DNA from: Minisyncoccota bacterium
GTDB lineage: Bacteria > Patescibacteriota > Minisyncoccia > Phycocordibacterales > UBA2100
Direction: 5' to 3'
Length of the DNA: 64,000 bases
NCBI GenBank assembly: GCA_036517195.1
Contig: DATDXU010000002.1
Location: 20,635 to 84,634 of the forward strand
In this document: piece after piece, positions 36,070-46,274 of the stretch
How the letters are laid out: the number at the start of each line of letters is the position of its first letter
How positions within the stretch are numbered: the stretch's first letter is position 1
The notes under the pieces: generated by a model
Told to the model about the DNA's origin: nothing
Databases searched by the model: none
The model's input: only the letters and a program-made list of their open reading frames with translations
Program-made: the position numbers and the translations under genes

Positions 36070-37308
36070 ATGACAAGACGTATTACGCAAGATGAACAAG
36101 AATTTCTCGACATCCTTCGTGGAAAGTGGCGTACGGGTGAGCTATTGAAATATTTGCAACGTGGCCAGATAACCATTCTTGGTCCCGGCAAAGGTTTCAG
36201 CATCCCCATGGAAGAAATCATTATTCCTCGGGCACACCTTGCCCCCATACCACCTGACGCAGAGTTGCAAGAAACGGGTGATGGGAAAGAGGGTGACGCA
36301 AATGTTGGTCCGGATATTGGCATAGGGCAAGGTCCAGGAAAACCCGGAACTGACCTCGGTCCAGTTGAGGGTGATGACGGAGAGGGAAGTGAGGGAGGAG
36401 AACGCTCGGCCGGAAGTGGTCGCGGGGGCGACGTCGAGCGTGTTGAGGTTCCTGCTGATGAGGCGTATGAGCTTTTTGCAGAAATGCTCGAACTTCCCCG
36501 TATTCAACCGAAGGGTGACAAGTCGATTACAAAAGAAGAGTGGAAATATACAGATATTCGGAAAACTGGACCCGATTCACTTGTACACAGACGCCGTACG
36601 CTCAAAGAAGCCTTGAAACGCAATATCGCAGAGGGAACGTATGTGCCGGAGCGTCCACGAATTATTGTTGAACGTCCCGACAAACGGTACCGTATTCCGG
36701 AAGTTATCAAAAAGCCAAAAAACAACGCAGTCATCTTCTTCATGATGGATGTGTCTGGTTCCATGACCTCCGAGGATAGAAAAATGGTGCGTTATTTTTG
36801 CGCACTGTTTGAATTTTGGCTCGTTGGAAATTTTGATGGTATAGAGATTGTGTGGATTATTCACGACGGAGAGGCCGATCGTGTTGATCGCGATACATTC
36901 TTCAATACCTTTCGCGCAGGAGGAACGGTGGTTTCAACGGCGCATGCGCTTATGCTCAAGATTATTGACGAAGAGTTCCCGCCAGCGAATTGGAATATTT
37001 ATCCAGTGTATCTTTCAGACGGGTTCAATTTCGGTGATGACGATGACCTGTGTCTGGAACTTATACGAGAAAATACTCTTCCAGTTGTAAATCAATATAC
37101 GTACTGTGAAGTTTCTGCTGAACGCGAGTGGTGGGGAGCCACACTTGCAGAGGGCGGAGATCCGAATAGTCGCTTCTCTCCCTCGGGAAGTTTTGGAAAA
37201 ATGCTCCAAGACAATTTTTCCAATGACACTCGGGTTGCATGTACGAACCTGAAGAAGATACAAGACATTCCTGGGGCACTGAAAGCAGTATTCGGAAAAG
37301 GAAACTAA
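36070..37308 (+). CDS. yeaH: YeaH/YhbH (DUF444) VWA-like protein
   Basis: Gly-rich linker, LELPRIQPKG, RRRTLKEALKR, NAVIFFMMDVSGSM, GGTVVS, WNIYP..LSDG.N. Confidence 0.93.
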   Translation: MTRRITQDEQEFLDILRGKWRTGELLKYLQRGQITILGPGKGFSIPMEEIIIPRAHLAPIPPDAELQETGDGKEGDANVGPDIGIGQGPGKPGTDLGPVEGDDGEGSEGGERSAGSGRGGDVERVEVPADEAYELFAEMLELPRIQPKGDKSITKEEWKYTDIRKTGPDSLVHRRRTLKEALKRNIAEGTYVPERPRIIVERPDKRYRIPEVIKKPKNNAVIFFMMDVSGSMTSEDRKMVRYFCALFEFWLVGNFDGIEIVWIIHDGEADRVDRDTFFNTFRAGGTVVSTAHALMLKIIDEEFPPANWNIYPVYLSDGFNFGDDDDLCLELIRENTLPVVNQYTYCEVSAEREWWGATLAEGGDPNSRFSPSGSFGKMLQDNFSNDTRVACTNLKKIQDIPGALKAVFGKGN

Positions 37309-37319
37309 GGAGGAATATC

Positions 37320-39539
37320 ATGACTGCAACTCTTCGCGTACGACCACAATTTCCGACGCACTTGAAACATTGGAAGTATGAAATCGAGCGGATTGCCAAA
37401 AGACTCGGTCTTGAATTATATCCGACCGATTTTCAAATGGTGGACCATGAAGAAATATCCGAACTTGCCGCATACCAGGGGTTTCCTGTTCGGGGACACC
37501 ACTGGTCCTACGGACAAGAAAGTTTGCGTATGAAAAAATCGTATCGATGGGGTCTCCACATTATCTATGAGATGGTTATTCCTACGAATCGACCGTGCTA
37601 TGCATATCTTCTTGATGTAAATCCCGATAGCATTCAAAAACAGGTGATGGCGCACGTCTATGGCCATAACGACTTTTTCGGAAGAAACATTTGGTTTCGA
37701 GATGTGCCGGGGAATCTCCATGATCGTTTCGGCGATAATGCAATGCGCCTTGAGGAGATGCGTCTTGAACACGGCAAAGAGAAGGTGGATAGGTTTCTTG
37801 AGGCCTGTATGTCTCTCGATAATCTCTTCAATCCTCTTGACCCTCTTGAGTTACAAATTTCGCCTCCCCAGTCTCTTGCGGGATCTTTACCAGGTCCCAT
37901 GAAAGAGAAGCGTCATCCGAAACGTCTTATTTCGAACGAGGCGTTGCCGGGATACATGGATGAATACATTAATCCTCCAGAGTGGCTTGATGAAGAGAGG
38001 CGGCGTCTGGCAGAAGAAGAAAAAGTAAAATCTGATATTGCGCGCGGTGTGCGTGTTCCTGAAAAGCCGATTCGTGACATCCTCGGCTTTGCTCTTGTGC
38101 ACGCCCCTCTAGAGCCATGGCAACAAGAAGCCGTACGTATGGTACGTGAAGAAAGTCAACCTCTATGGAAAGGTGCCCAAACAAAATTTATGAATGAGGG
38201 GTGGGCGGCTCTTTGGGAAGCGGAAATTATGGCTGGTCAGGGCGTTGCACTTGATTCAGAGGTGTGTTCTTTCGCGCAGGCGTATGCCGGTGTACAGGGA
38301 GGTGAAGGTTCCATCAACCCGTATCGTCTCGGTAAACAATTGTGGGACGATATCAGAATGCGATGGGATACCGGTCGGCATGGGCGAATCTGGAACGAGT
38401 GTGTTGACGGCACAATTAAGAAACGATGGGAGGAATTCATTGTATTCAAGTCCCTCTATGATGAGCATGGAGGTGCGACCAGTGAATTTTCCAAAGAGTG
38501 GGATGAGTTTGTTACCCTTGTTCACGAAACCCGCGAGGGCCGTGGGTGCGTACGGAATGCCTTTTTTCTTCCAGAAAACGTTGTCACAGAGTGGTTATAC
38601 TATAAGAAATCCGTAGAAAAACTTAAGGAACTTCAAATAGCCATGAGGGATGTGCTCGAGCTGGAGGCAAAGGCACGCACATCTACCAAAAACGGCGATG
38701 AGGAAAAAACCGCGTGGTTTAAACGTCGGTGGGATGCGATCAAGATCTCCAACTCTCCCCATCGCTTCTGGTCTTCCAAAGAACTACAAGTTGAAATTGA
38801 TCGTTGTACGTTCTACATACAGTTTAAGGAACGTATTTCAAAGGGGGATGTGGCTGTGTTGCAGACCCCAATTCCACACGAGTGGGTGTATTGGGCGAAA
38901 CGTCACGAACTCCTTGGTGGTCTCGGCAAAGGGCTCGAAAAAATGTTTGAGGTGTGTGCGACGCACAATGACGCAAGCTTTGTTGACGACTTTTTTACTT
39001 CCGATTTTTGTGCTAGACATGGGTACTACACAATCGGCATGGGAAAATCGTCTCAACAGCCGTTCGCGAGCGAGGACCGATATGTTATCAGTTCTCGTAA
39101 TCACTTGCGTGTGAAGCGCCTCCTCCTCAACATGCTTCTCGGAAAGCCGAAGATATTGTTGGTTGATGCGAACTTCAACAATAATAACGAGTGGCGTCTC
39201 ATTCATCTTCACGACGGTCGCGATATTTGTTACGCGGGTTGTCACATCTGCAACGGCAAGAGCAGTATGAAAGATGTGATGGAGAGGATATACATCGTAT
39301 GGAATAGAAAGAAGGCGGTGCACCTTGAAACAATTAAAACAGAATGGCCAAAACGGAAACCACCCTGGTACTACTGGTATCCGCCCGGTTGGTCAGGGCC
39401 GGAAATCGAAAGACCTAAACATCGATGGGTTCGATACTCGTGCATAGATGATGTGCACGCGACCAATGTTTTACCGTTCGAGAGTGTGGATGAAGATATA
39501 AGAAAACTTCTCCCCCACATTCCAGATACTCTTGAGTAA
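37320..39539 (+). CDS. spoVR: SpoVR/YcgB-family protein, elongated
   Basis: GFPVR.HHWSYG, IYEMVI, PCYAYL, VMAHVYGHNDFF, TKFMNEGWA, NPYRLG; AAGGAGG SD. Confidence 0.93.
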   Translation: MTATLRVRPQFPTHLKHWKYEIERIAKRLGLELYPTDFQMVDHEEISELAAYQGFPVRGHHWSYGQESLRMKKSYRWGLHIIYEMVIPTNRPCYAYLLDVNPDSIQKQVMAHVYGHNDFFGRNIWFRDVPGNLHDRFGDNAMRLEEMRLEHGKEKVDRFLEACMSLDNLFNPLDPLELQISPPQSLAGSLPGPMKEKRHPKRLISNEALPGYMDEYINPPEWLDEERRRLAEEEKVKSDIARGVRVPEKPIRDILGFALVHAPLEPWQQEAVRMVREESQPLWKGAQTKFMNEGWAALWEAEIMAGQGVALDSEVCSFAQAYAGVQGGEGSINPYRLGKQLWDDIRMRWDTGRHGRIWNECVDGTIKKRWEEFIVFKSLYDEHGGATSEFSKEWDEFVTLVHETREGRGCVRNAFFLPENVVTEWLYYKKSVEKLKELQIAMRDVLELEAKARTSTKNGDEEKTAWFKRRWDAIKISNSPHRFWSSKELQVEIDRCTFYIQFKERISKGDVAVLQTPIPHEWVYWAKRHELLGGLGKGLEKMFEVCATHNDASFVDDFFTSDFCARHGYYTIGMGKSSQQPFASEDRYVISSRNHLRVKRLLLNMLLGKPKILLVDANFNNNNEWRLIHLHDGRDICYAGCHICNGKSSMKDVMERIYIVWNRKKAVHLETIKTEWPKRKPPWYYWYPPGWSGPEIERPKHRWVRYSCIDDVHATNVLPFESVDEDIRKLLPHIPDTLE

Positions 39540-39547
39540 GAAAGTGT

Positions 39548-39579
39548 GCCCCGCGGATGATTCCGCGGGGTATTTTTTT
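39548..39579 (+). terminator. Intrinsic terminator
   Basis: CCCCGCGGA-TGAT-TCCGCGGGG then T7. Confidence 0.8.
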
Positions 39580-39679
39580 GTCGCACGCATGACTCGTTGA
39601 CGCCCACACCCTCGGTGTTATCGTTGGGAGAGGTATTGTTGCTCCTTTACACACAGAAAGAGTAGAAAGGAGGAAACTA

Positions 39680-40795
39680 ATGAAAAAAGAAGTCGCCCGA
39701 TTTGCAATTACTCACACGCAATTCGTGGACGAAAACGGGAATATGAATGAAGATTTTCCGCAAGACGTGCCGTCTTCGGACATTCTTACTCAATGGTATA
39801 AGACGATGGTTCTCACACGCGTATTTGACGGGAAGGCAATCAATCTTCAGCGCACTGGCAAGATGGGCACCTACGCTTCATCCGAAGGGCAAGAGGCGGT
39901 GGGAGTTGGACTTGCGAGCGCTATGCAGGAAGGGGATGTGCTTGTGCCCACCTATCGTGAACATGTGGCACAAATGATGCGCGCCGATTCTCCAGAAAGT
40001 GCCATGACAAAAATTCTGCTTTTTTGGGGAGGGGACGAGCGTGGAAATATGCGAGAGGGAATAGGAAAAGACGATTTTCCTGCATGTGTTCCGATCGGCA
40101 CACAGACATGCCATGCTGTGGGTGTCGCGTCCGCGTTCAAAATACGGAAAGAAAAGCGTGCCGTTGTGTGCACGGTGGGAGACGGGGGCACGTCAAAGGG
40201 TGATTTTTATGAATCGCTCAATTGTGCCGGCGCCTGGCAACTGCCCGTTGTATTTGTGATTGTGAACAATGGTTTTGCCATCTCACTGTCTCGGGACAAA
40301 CAAACGAACTCGCTGACACTTGCCCAAAAAGGAATAGCCGCTGGCATTCATTTTTGCCAACAGGTGGACGGCAATGATGTGGTTGCGGTATATGAGGCGG
40401 TTCGTGTGGCATTGCAAAGAGCAAGGGCGGGTCAGGGCCCCAGTGTTATTGAAGCCCTGACGTATCGTTTGTCTGACCACACGACTGCGGACGACGCGAA
40501 ACGGTATCGGAGTTCAGAAGAAGTGAAGGTGGCGCGAAAGAAAGATCCGCTACTCCGCTCTCGGGCGCTTCTTGAACGTCTGGGGCACTGGGATGCTTCT
40601 CTTGAAGAAGAGCTCCAAAAACAGTCCCACGCTTCTGTGGAGTCCGCTGTCAAAAGTTATTTTGATATCATTGAAAATCACCCGCAGACAGCGTCAGATA
40701 TGTTCGTATTTTTGCACGAACATATTCCAGAATCTCTCGTACAGCAACAGGGGAGAGCGCTTTCGGAAAAGAAAGGAGGTATAGGTGGTCATTAA
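39680..40795 (+). CDS. pdhA: Pyruvate/2-oxoacid dehydrogenase E1 alpha
   Basis: LQRTGK..Y...GQEA, PTYRE, TPP motif GDGGTSKGDFYE..N..NN, YRLSDHTTADD. Confidence 0.93.
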   Translation: MKKEVARFAITHTQFVDENGNMNEDFPQDVPSSDILTQWYKTMVLTRVFDGKAINLQRTGKMGTYASSEGQEAVGVGLASAMQEGDVLVPTYREHVAQMMRADSPESAMTKILLFWGGDERGNMREGIGKDDFPACVPIGTQTCHAVGVASAFKIRKEKRAVVCTVGDGGTSKGDFYESLNCAGAWQLPVVFVIVNNGFAISLSRDKQTNSLTLAQKGIAAGIHFCQQVDGNDVVAVYEAVRVALQRARAGQGPSVIEALTYRLSDHTTADDAKRYRSSEEVKVARKKDPLLRSRALLERLGHWDASLEEELQKQSHASVESAVKSYFDIIENHPQTASDMFVFLHEHIPESLVQQQGRALSEKKGGIGGH

Positions 40796-41801
40796 CGTAA
40801 AGGAGAACGCACCTGATTCTGGGCTCGGGCACACGATGGTGGATGCCTTGAATATGGCACTCGCGTATGAAATGCGCGTCAACAAACATGTTGTCGTGTT
40901 AGGAGAAGACATTGGAGTCAATGGTGGAGTATTCCGTGTAACCGACGGACTCTTAAAGAAATTCGGCAGAGAGAGGGTACTGGATACGCCCCTGTCTGAA
41001 ACGCTTATTGTCGGCATGTCAATTGGCATGGCGTCGCAGGGATTACGCCCCGTTGCGGAAATTCAATTCAGCGGGTTCGTGTATCCCGGGTTTGATCAAA
41101 TTGTGAACCACGCTTCACGTCTGCGGAATCGCACGCGTGGGGTCTTAACGTGCCCCATGGTCGTGCGTATGCCATCTGGCGGTGGAATCCACGCCCCAGA
41201 GCATCATTCGGAAAGCGTTGAAGCGTTCTTTACGCACGTTCCGGGGTTGCGCGTTGTTATTCCGTCTTCTCCGAAACGCGCGTACGGACTTTTGCTCGCA
41301 TCCATTCGCGACCCTGATCCCGTTATATTTCTTGAGCCAACACGGCTCTACCGTCTCGGGAAAGAGGTTGTGGAAGACACAGGAGAAGCATTGCCGCTTG
41401 ACCGCTGTTTCGTGCTTCGTGAGGGAAAAGACGTAACGTTGGTGAGTTGGGGCGCGTCAATCCACGAAACCTTGCTTGCGACGGACGCACTTCTCAAAGA
41501 AGGTGTGAGTGCGGAAGTGATTGACGTTGCAACCTTGAAGTATCTTGATGAGGCAACTATCTTGCAATCAGTCAAGAAGACGGGCCGTCTCGTCGTTATA
41601 CACGAGGCGCCCGAGATGAGCGGTTTTGGTGCCGAAATTATGGCGCGCGTGCTCGAAAGGGGGTTGTATTTCCTTCTTTCTCCTCCGCGTCGCATAGCAG
41701 GGTTCAATTGCGTAATGCCGCTGTATCGGCTTGAGGAACACTACATTCCAAGCGTTGAGCGCATTGTTGCGGAAGTTCGTGAGTTGTTGGCGGCATCATG
41801 A
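40785..41801 (+). CDS. pdhB: Pyruvate/2-oxoacid dehydrogenase E1 beta
   Basis: GEDIGVNGGVFRVTDGL, DTPLSE, AEIQF, EHHSES, SVKKTGR. Confidence 0.95.
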   Translation: MVINVKENAPDSGLGHTMVDALNMALAYEMRVNKHVVVLGEDIGVNGGVFRVTDGLLKKFGRERVLDTPLSETLIVGMSIGMASQGLRPVAEIQFSGFVYPGFDQIVNHASRLRNRTRGVLTCPMVVRMPSGGGIHAPEHHSESVEAFFTHVPGLRVVIPSSPKRAYGLLLASIRDPDPVIFLEPTRLYRLGKEVVEDTGEALPLDRCFVLREGKDVTLVSWGASIHETLLATDALLKEGVSAEVIDVATLKYLDEATILQSVKKTGRLVVIHEAPEMSGFGAEIMARVLERGLYFLLSPPRRIAGFNCVMPLYRLEEHYIPSVERIVAEVRELLAAS

Positions 41802-41887
41802 CCGCGCATGCTTTTAAACCACCACCCCGAAGTCAGGAGCGGTGGTTTCTTTTATGCATCGCTTTGCGCAGTGGTATACTGGTATAT

Positions 41888-42334
41888 ATGATTTGGGATT
41901 CGATGTTCGATTCGAGGTTTAGCTGGCAAAAAATCCCGCACTATTATGGGGATGTGGTGCGCGTTCTGTTTGTCGTGGTTGCCGTGTTGCTCCTTATCTC
42001 CATACCGATGTTTGGAACCGTACTTCCATTCGGTGTTCCCGCACAAATCGTAGGAGCAATTATTTTGGTGTTATGCGCGGCGTTTACTAATCCGCACAGC
42101 AAGTGGATTGTAGTGGCGAATGCAATTATCGCGGGATGTGCAGTTATGTTGTTCGAAGCAGCGGCTATTTCTCTGTACACGAAAGATGCCATTCCCTTGT
42201 TTTTCGTACGGGAAGCGGGAGCGCTGTTGATGCTCTTTGCCCTGTATTTCAGCGTGAAAACTGCGCGATCGTTTATTATGCACACGATAGGCCACACCAG
42301 TAACTCATTCGGTGAATTCCCGGATAAAGAATAG
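41888..42334 (+). CDS. Hypothetical 4-TM membrane protein
   Basis: HYYGD.VR.LF, four TMs; TATACT 7 nt upstream. Confidence 0.75.
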   Translation: MIWDSMFDSRFSWQKIPHYYGDVVRVLFVVVAVLLLISIPMFGTVLPFGVPAQIVGAIILVLCAAFTNPHSKWIVVANAIIAGCAVMLFEAAAISLYTKDAIPLFFVREAGALLMLFALYFSVKTARSFIMHTIGHTSNSFGEFPDKE

Positions 42335-42366
42335 TTTTTTCGGCATAAAAAAGAAAACGACCCCGT

Positions 42367-42750
42367 TTATGGAGTCGCTTTGAAGGTGCTCTGGGAGGCG
42401 GCGGGCATGTAGAGATGTATCTTTTCGAATCGAACACCAATGTGAAGTGGATGTAATCGTTTTTGCAAATCTTCACAGTGAGTATACAGGATGTCTTTTT
42501 CTCCGCGAACGTAGAGAAACGGTCCGTAATTGTATTGCAACTCGTCTTCCGTGGTGTGCATCTGCACGATTCCCACGTCACGTTCATACGAAGCGCCCCC
42601 GAGGGCTTTTCTGACGCCGTGTTCCATCACTACCTCAGGGTCGAGAATGGATTCACTGTCGACGACATAGAGGCCATGAATCTCAATTCGTATCAACGGC
42701 TCGCTCTTCTCTTCAGTGTATGCCTCAATGTCTGTCTGAATCATTCGCAC
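42367..42750 (-). CDS. Hypothetical protein
   Basis: AAAGGAG SD; fills the intergenic gap. Confidence 0.6.
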   Translation of the reverse strand: MRMIQTDIEAYTEEKSEPLIRIEIHGLYVVDSESILDPEVVMEHGVRKALGGASYERDVGIVQMHTTEDELQYNYGPFLYVRGEKDILYTHCEDLQKRLHPLHIGVRFEKIHLYMPAASQSTFKATP

Positions 42751-42842
42751 TCTCCTTTATCCGTGTACTGTATATAAGTATAGGAGTAGGTACTATAAAA
42801 GAAAAGCTCCGCGCGGGCGCGGAGCGTTGTGTTCGTCGAGAT

Positions 42843-43220
42843 CTATTGCATTTGAGAGGCGCATCGTTTGATGAACGCTTCGGTTACGAAATATTCACCA
42901 TTTTCACCAATCGCGATGTACACATCGAGGGGCGCGCGCCAGCACATGCTAGAATTATCGTTAAACCATGCTCCCAGAAGTCCCCAGAGTATCGTGTCCG
43001 GATTCCAGTTTTGCTGTTCATAAAATCGTCTTAGTTCTTGTGTTGTAAAACTGGACCAATATCCGCGTTCTTGAAAAAAACGAAGTAGTTTCTGAGCGGA
43101 TTCTTCTACTTCGCGTTTTCCAAACGTGCCGATTAACCTTGTGGAAATCTGGTGCGGACGAAGGGGGTAGTGCTGGTTGCCCGCAGTTTCCTCAACGGGA
43201 ACGATGTTGCGTTCGGCCAT
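42843..43220 (-). CDS. Hypothetical protein
   Basis: AAGGAG SD; downstream hairpin GCTCCGCGC/GCGCGGAGC. Confidence 0.7.
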   Translation of the reverse strand: MAERNIVPVEETAGNQHYPLRPHQISTRLIGTFGKREVEESAQKLLRFFQERGYWSSFTTQELRRFYEQQNWNPDTILWGLLGAWFNDNSSMCWRAPLDVYIAIGENGEYFVTEAFIKRCASQMQ

Positions 43221-43332
43221 GTGCGTCTCCTTCTGTGCGCGCGCTATGTATCCACCCCTACAATAGCATACTTATTTTTAAAAAATAATCCCCACGTTCA
43301 CATATTTCCTAAAATGATATATCGTTGGTTCC

Positions 43333-44397
43333 ATGAAAAGTCAAGATGTTGTATACGTTGGTCTTTCGGGTGGAGTGGATTCCGCCGTTTCGGCGGCGCT
43401 GTTACAGAAACAGGGGTATGACGTCGTTGGTGTTTTTATAAAAATATGGCAACCGGAATTTTTGGAATGCACGTGGGAGAGAGACCGGCTTGACGCTATG
43501 CGAGTCGCGGCGCATCTTTCCATACCATTTCGAGAGATTGATTTGTCGCAAGAATATAAAAAATATGTTGTTGAGGAAATGGTCGCCGGATACAAGCGCG
43601 GCGAAACTCCAAACCCAGATACGGCCTGCAATCAGTACATAAAATTTGGCACTTTTTTTGACTGGGCGCGAAATGAAGGTGCGTCATATGTTGCGACGGG
43701 TCACTACGCGCGTATAGGCACACGAGAAAAAAAATATACACTCTTACGCGGGAGCGACACGATGAAAGATCAGTCGTATTTTCTCTATACACTTACACAA
43801 GAACATCTCGCTCACGCCCTGTTTCCGATAGGGGATATGAAAAAAAGTGACGTGCGTATTTTGGCGGGAAAAATGAGCATACCGACGGCGCGCAAGCCCG
43901 ACAGTCAGGGGTTGTGCTTTGTGGGAGATGTATCTATGGGCGAATTTCTTTCTCGGTACATTCCGCAAAAAACTGGAGTTGTAGAAAATATGAAGGGTCG
44001 TGCGATTGGTACACACGGGGGGGCCGCGCTGTACACCACGGGGCAAAGGCACGGCTTTTTCGTATTTAAAGAAGAGAACATTCCACACTTCGTTGTTTCA
44101 ACGGACACGAAACGCAATGTCATAATAGTGTCTTCCCGCAAAGAACAGTGGGCGACGAAAAACGTTGCGCTTAGAGATGTGCACTGGATTTCAGGGGCGC
44201 CGAGTGCGTCTGAAAGAATAGTGGTGGAAGTGCGGTATCGCGGTCGTGCAACTCCGTGCACGGTTACAGATAGGGTGGGCAGGGCAGTGGTGGCCCTTGA
44301 TGAGGCATGTGTTGTTGCTTTAGGGCAAGTGGCCGTGTTCTATCGAGAAGATGAGTGCCTCGGTGGTGGCACCGTGTCGGGTACATATCTTGGGTGA
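43333..44397 (+). CDS. mnmA: tRNA 2-thiouridylase
   Basis: SGGVDSAV, TPNPD..CN..IKF, ATGHYA, KDQSYFL, DSQGLCFVG. Confidence 0.97.
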   Translation: MKSQDVVYVGLSGGVDSAVSAALLQKQGYDVVGVFIKIWQPEFLECTWERDRLDAMRVAAHLSIPFREIDLSQEYKKYVVEEMVAGYKRGETPNPDTACNQYIKFGTFFDWARNEGASYVATGHYARIGTREKKYTLLRGSDTMKDQSYFLYTLTQEHLAHALFPIGDMKKSDVRILAGKMSIPTARKPDSQGLCFVGDVSMGEFLSRYIPQKTGVVENMKGRAIGTHGGAALYTTGQRHGFFVFKEENIPHFVVSTDTKRNVIIVSSRKEQWATKNVALRDVHWISGAPSASERIVVEVRYRGRATPCTVTDRVGRAVVALDEACVVALGQVAVFYREDECLGGGTVSGTYLG

Positions 44398-44465
44398 TTG
44401 ATATTCCACAGAGAATGACATGAGTGCACGTTTGGCGCACGGGGGTCAGGGTACAATGAAAGCAC

Positions 44466-44879
44466 ATGATGATGACGTATGGTGTTCTTCGACGGCTCGC
44501 GTGGATTGCAATTGTTGCGAGTTTTGTTGCATACAGTACCTATTTTGTGCTCGGGGGTGCAATTGAAGCAGATGCGTCTTCGGCCTTAAAGCGCGTTGTT
44601 GCTCGTGACATTATTCAAAATGGGGCACATCATTTGAGTGGTATGGTATTCGTGCCGAGCGGATGTCATGAACTATCTACCAGTGTTCAGGCTCTGGATT
44701 CTGTAACGAATGTAATTACATTTGAAACGTGGGAAGCGCCCTATGTAGAATGTGTCCGGGAACCCGTCCCGAGAGCATTTCGTGTTATAGCATTTGCACC
44801 GTCTCCCGATACGCGATTTTTTGCCACCCTTGACGAAGAGGTCATACCTTTTGTAGTTATCGTTGTCGACACGCCATAA
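44466..44879 (+). CDS. Hypothetical membrane-anchored protein
   Basis: N-terminal TM, P..C and C...P pair; coupled to the next gene. Confidence 0.7.
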   Translation: MMMTYGVLRRLAWIAIVASFVAYSTYFVLGGAIEADASSALKRVVARDIIQNGAHHLSGMVFVPSGCHELSTSVQALDSVTNVITFETWEAPYVECVREPVPRAFRVIAFAPSPDTRFFATLDEEVIPFVVIVVDTP

Positions 44880-44881
44880 CT

Positions 44882-45706
44882 ATGGAACACATTCTAATTA
44901 CCAAGGCAGATGGGGAGGAGGAGATATTTAATCCAAACAAGCTCGCGCGCTCGCTCGAACATGCCGGGGCTTCGCGTGAAGCGCAAAAAAAAGTGCTTGC
45001 GCGCGTTATGGGGGCACTGCGTCCACTCATGAAAACAGAAGAAATTTATCGGACTGCGTTTGAGGAGTTGCGGCGCGTGGAAGAAAAACCAATTGCGGCG
45101 CGCTATTCAATAAAACGCGCCGTGCTTGATTTGGGGCCATCGGGATTTCCTTTCGAACAATTTCTTGCCGAAGTATTGCGGGCGCATGGGTATGTGTGCC
45201 GTGTCGGGGTGGCACTGACGGGACGGTGTGCTCCGCATGAGGTAGATGTGCTCGCCGAAAAGGGGGAGAGGCGCATTGGCATTGAGGCAAAGTTTCATAA
45301 TGACGCGAGTGGGAAAACAGATATCAAAGATGCGCTCTATGTCCGTGCGCGATACGACGATTTGGCGCATGCCCCGGAAGCGTCTTCGCGTGTGAATGAG
45401 TGGTGGCTTGTTACGAATACGCGCTTTACATACAACGCAATTCAATATGCGCAGTGTTCAAACCTCACACTCGTTGGCTGGGATTATCCGCGGACGAAAA
45501 GTTTAGTGGCGCTCATCGAAGAGGCGCGCGTGCACCCACTGACGTGCCTCACAACATTGTCTGAAGGTGAAAAACGCCGATTTTTAGAAGAGAGAATTGT
45601 GTTATGCAAAAATGTGCAGACACCTCACTTGCTCAGGGAGTATGGGGTGGAACCGAATCGCATTCCGGACGTTCTCGATGAGGCGAAGCGCTTGTGCGGA
45701 ACATAG
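44882..45706 (+). CDS. ATP-cone plus Mrr-like restriction-endonuclease-fold protein
   Basis: ITKADG.EE.FNP.KL..SL (ATP cone); LGPSGFPFE, HEVDV, IEAKFH, VTNTRFT. Confidence 0.88.
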   Translation: MEHILITKADGEEEIFNPNKLARSLEHAGASREAQKKVLARVMGALRPLMKTEEIYRTAFEELRRVEEKPIAARYSIKRAVLDLGPSGFPFEQFLAEVLRAHGYVCRVGVALTGRCAPHEVDVLAEKGERRIGIEAKFHNDASGKTDIKDALYVRARYDDLAHAPEASSRVNEWWLVTNTRFTYNAIQYAQCSNLTLVGWDYPRTKSLVALIEEARVHPLTCLTTLSEGEKRRFLEERIVLCKNVQTPHLLREYGVEPNRIPDVLDEAKRLCGT

Positions 45707-45728
45707 GGGTGCTGTAGCATGTATACAT

Positions 45729-46232
45729 ATGATCGGACCGGAACTTCTCCTTGTTGACCCGACGCTCACCACAGTTGGCAAATTATTGTTCGCGGCACTT
45801 CTCGGTGCCATTATGGGAACGGAGCGCGGAGTTTTGGCGCGCCAGGCGGCAGGGACCAGAACATTCGCACTCGTTGCTCTTGGATCATGCCTCCTTGTCG
45901 CCACGTCCATGCAGGTGGATTTGGCATACCTTGGATATTCTAATTTTGATCCCATGCGTGTCGCCGCCGCAATCGTGCAGGGTATAGGATTCATAGGAGC
46001 GGGCATCATCATCTTTCGCGGAACGACAGTGCACGGCACGACGACTGCCGCGGGGCTCTGGATGGCGGCGGCTGTCGGTATTGCAGTCGGGTATGGATTT
46101 TACACACTTGCCATGGTTTCAACACTCATAACACTTATCGTGTTAGTTGTGATGTGGTACATTGAAAATCGTTTCAAACAATGGTTTGCGGAAAAGGCGT
46201 CTCAAGGAGACGAGGGAATGCGTTCCAGCTAA
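45729..46232 (+). CDS. MgtC/SapB-family membrane protein
   Basis: GTER, AGTRTF, DPMRVAA.IV.GIGFIGAG, GTTTAAGLW. Confidence 0.93.
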   Translation: MIGPELLLVDPTLTTVGKLLFAALLGAIMGTERGVLARQAAGTRTFALVALGSCLLVATSMQVDLAYLGYSNFDPMRVAAAIVQGIGFIGAGIIIFRGTTVHGTTTAAGLWMAAAVGIAVGYGFYTLAMVSTLITLIVLVVMWYIENRFKQWFAEKASQGDEGMRSS

Positions 46233-46274
46233 TTTTTCTCACGTTTTGAAATATAGTGCGGTATACTATTTTCC

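Noticed and set aside
38430-38915. Intein in SpoVR
   Set aside because: No N-terminal C/S block, C-terminal HN or LAGLIDADG motifs.
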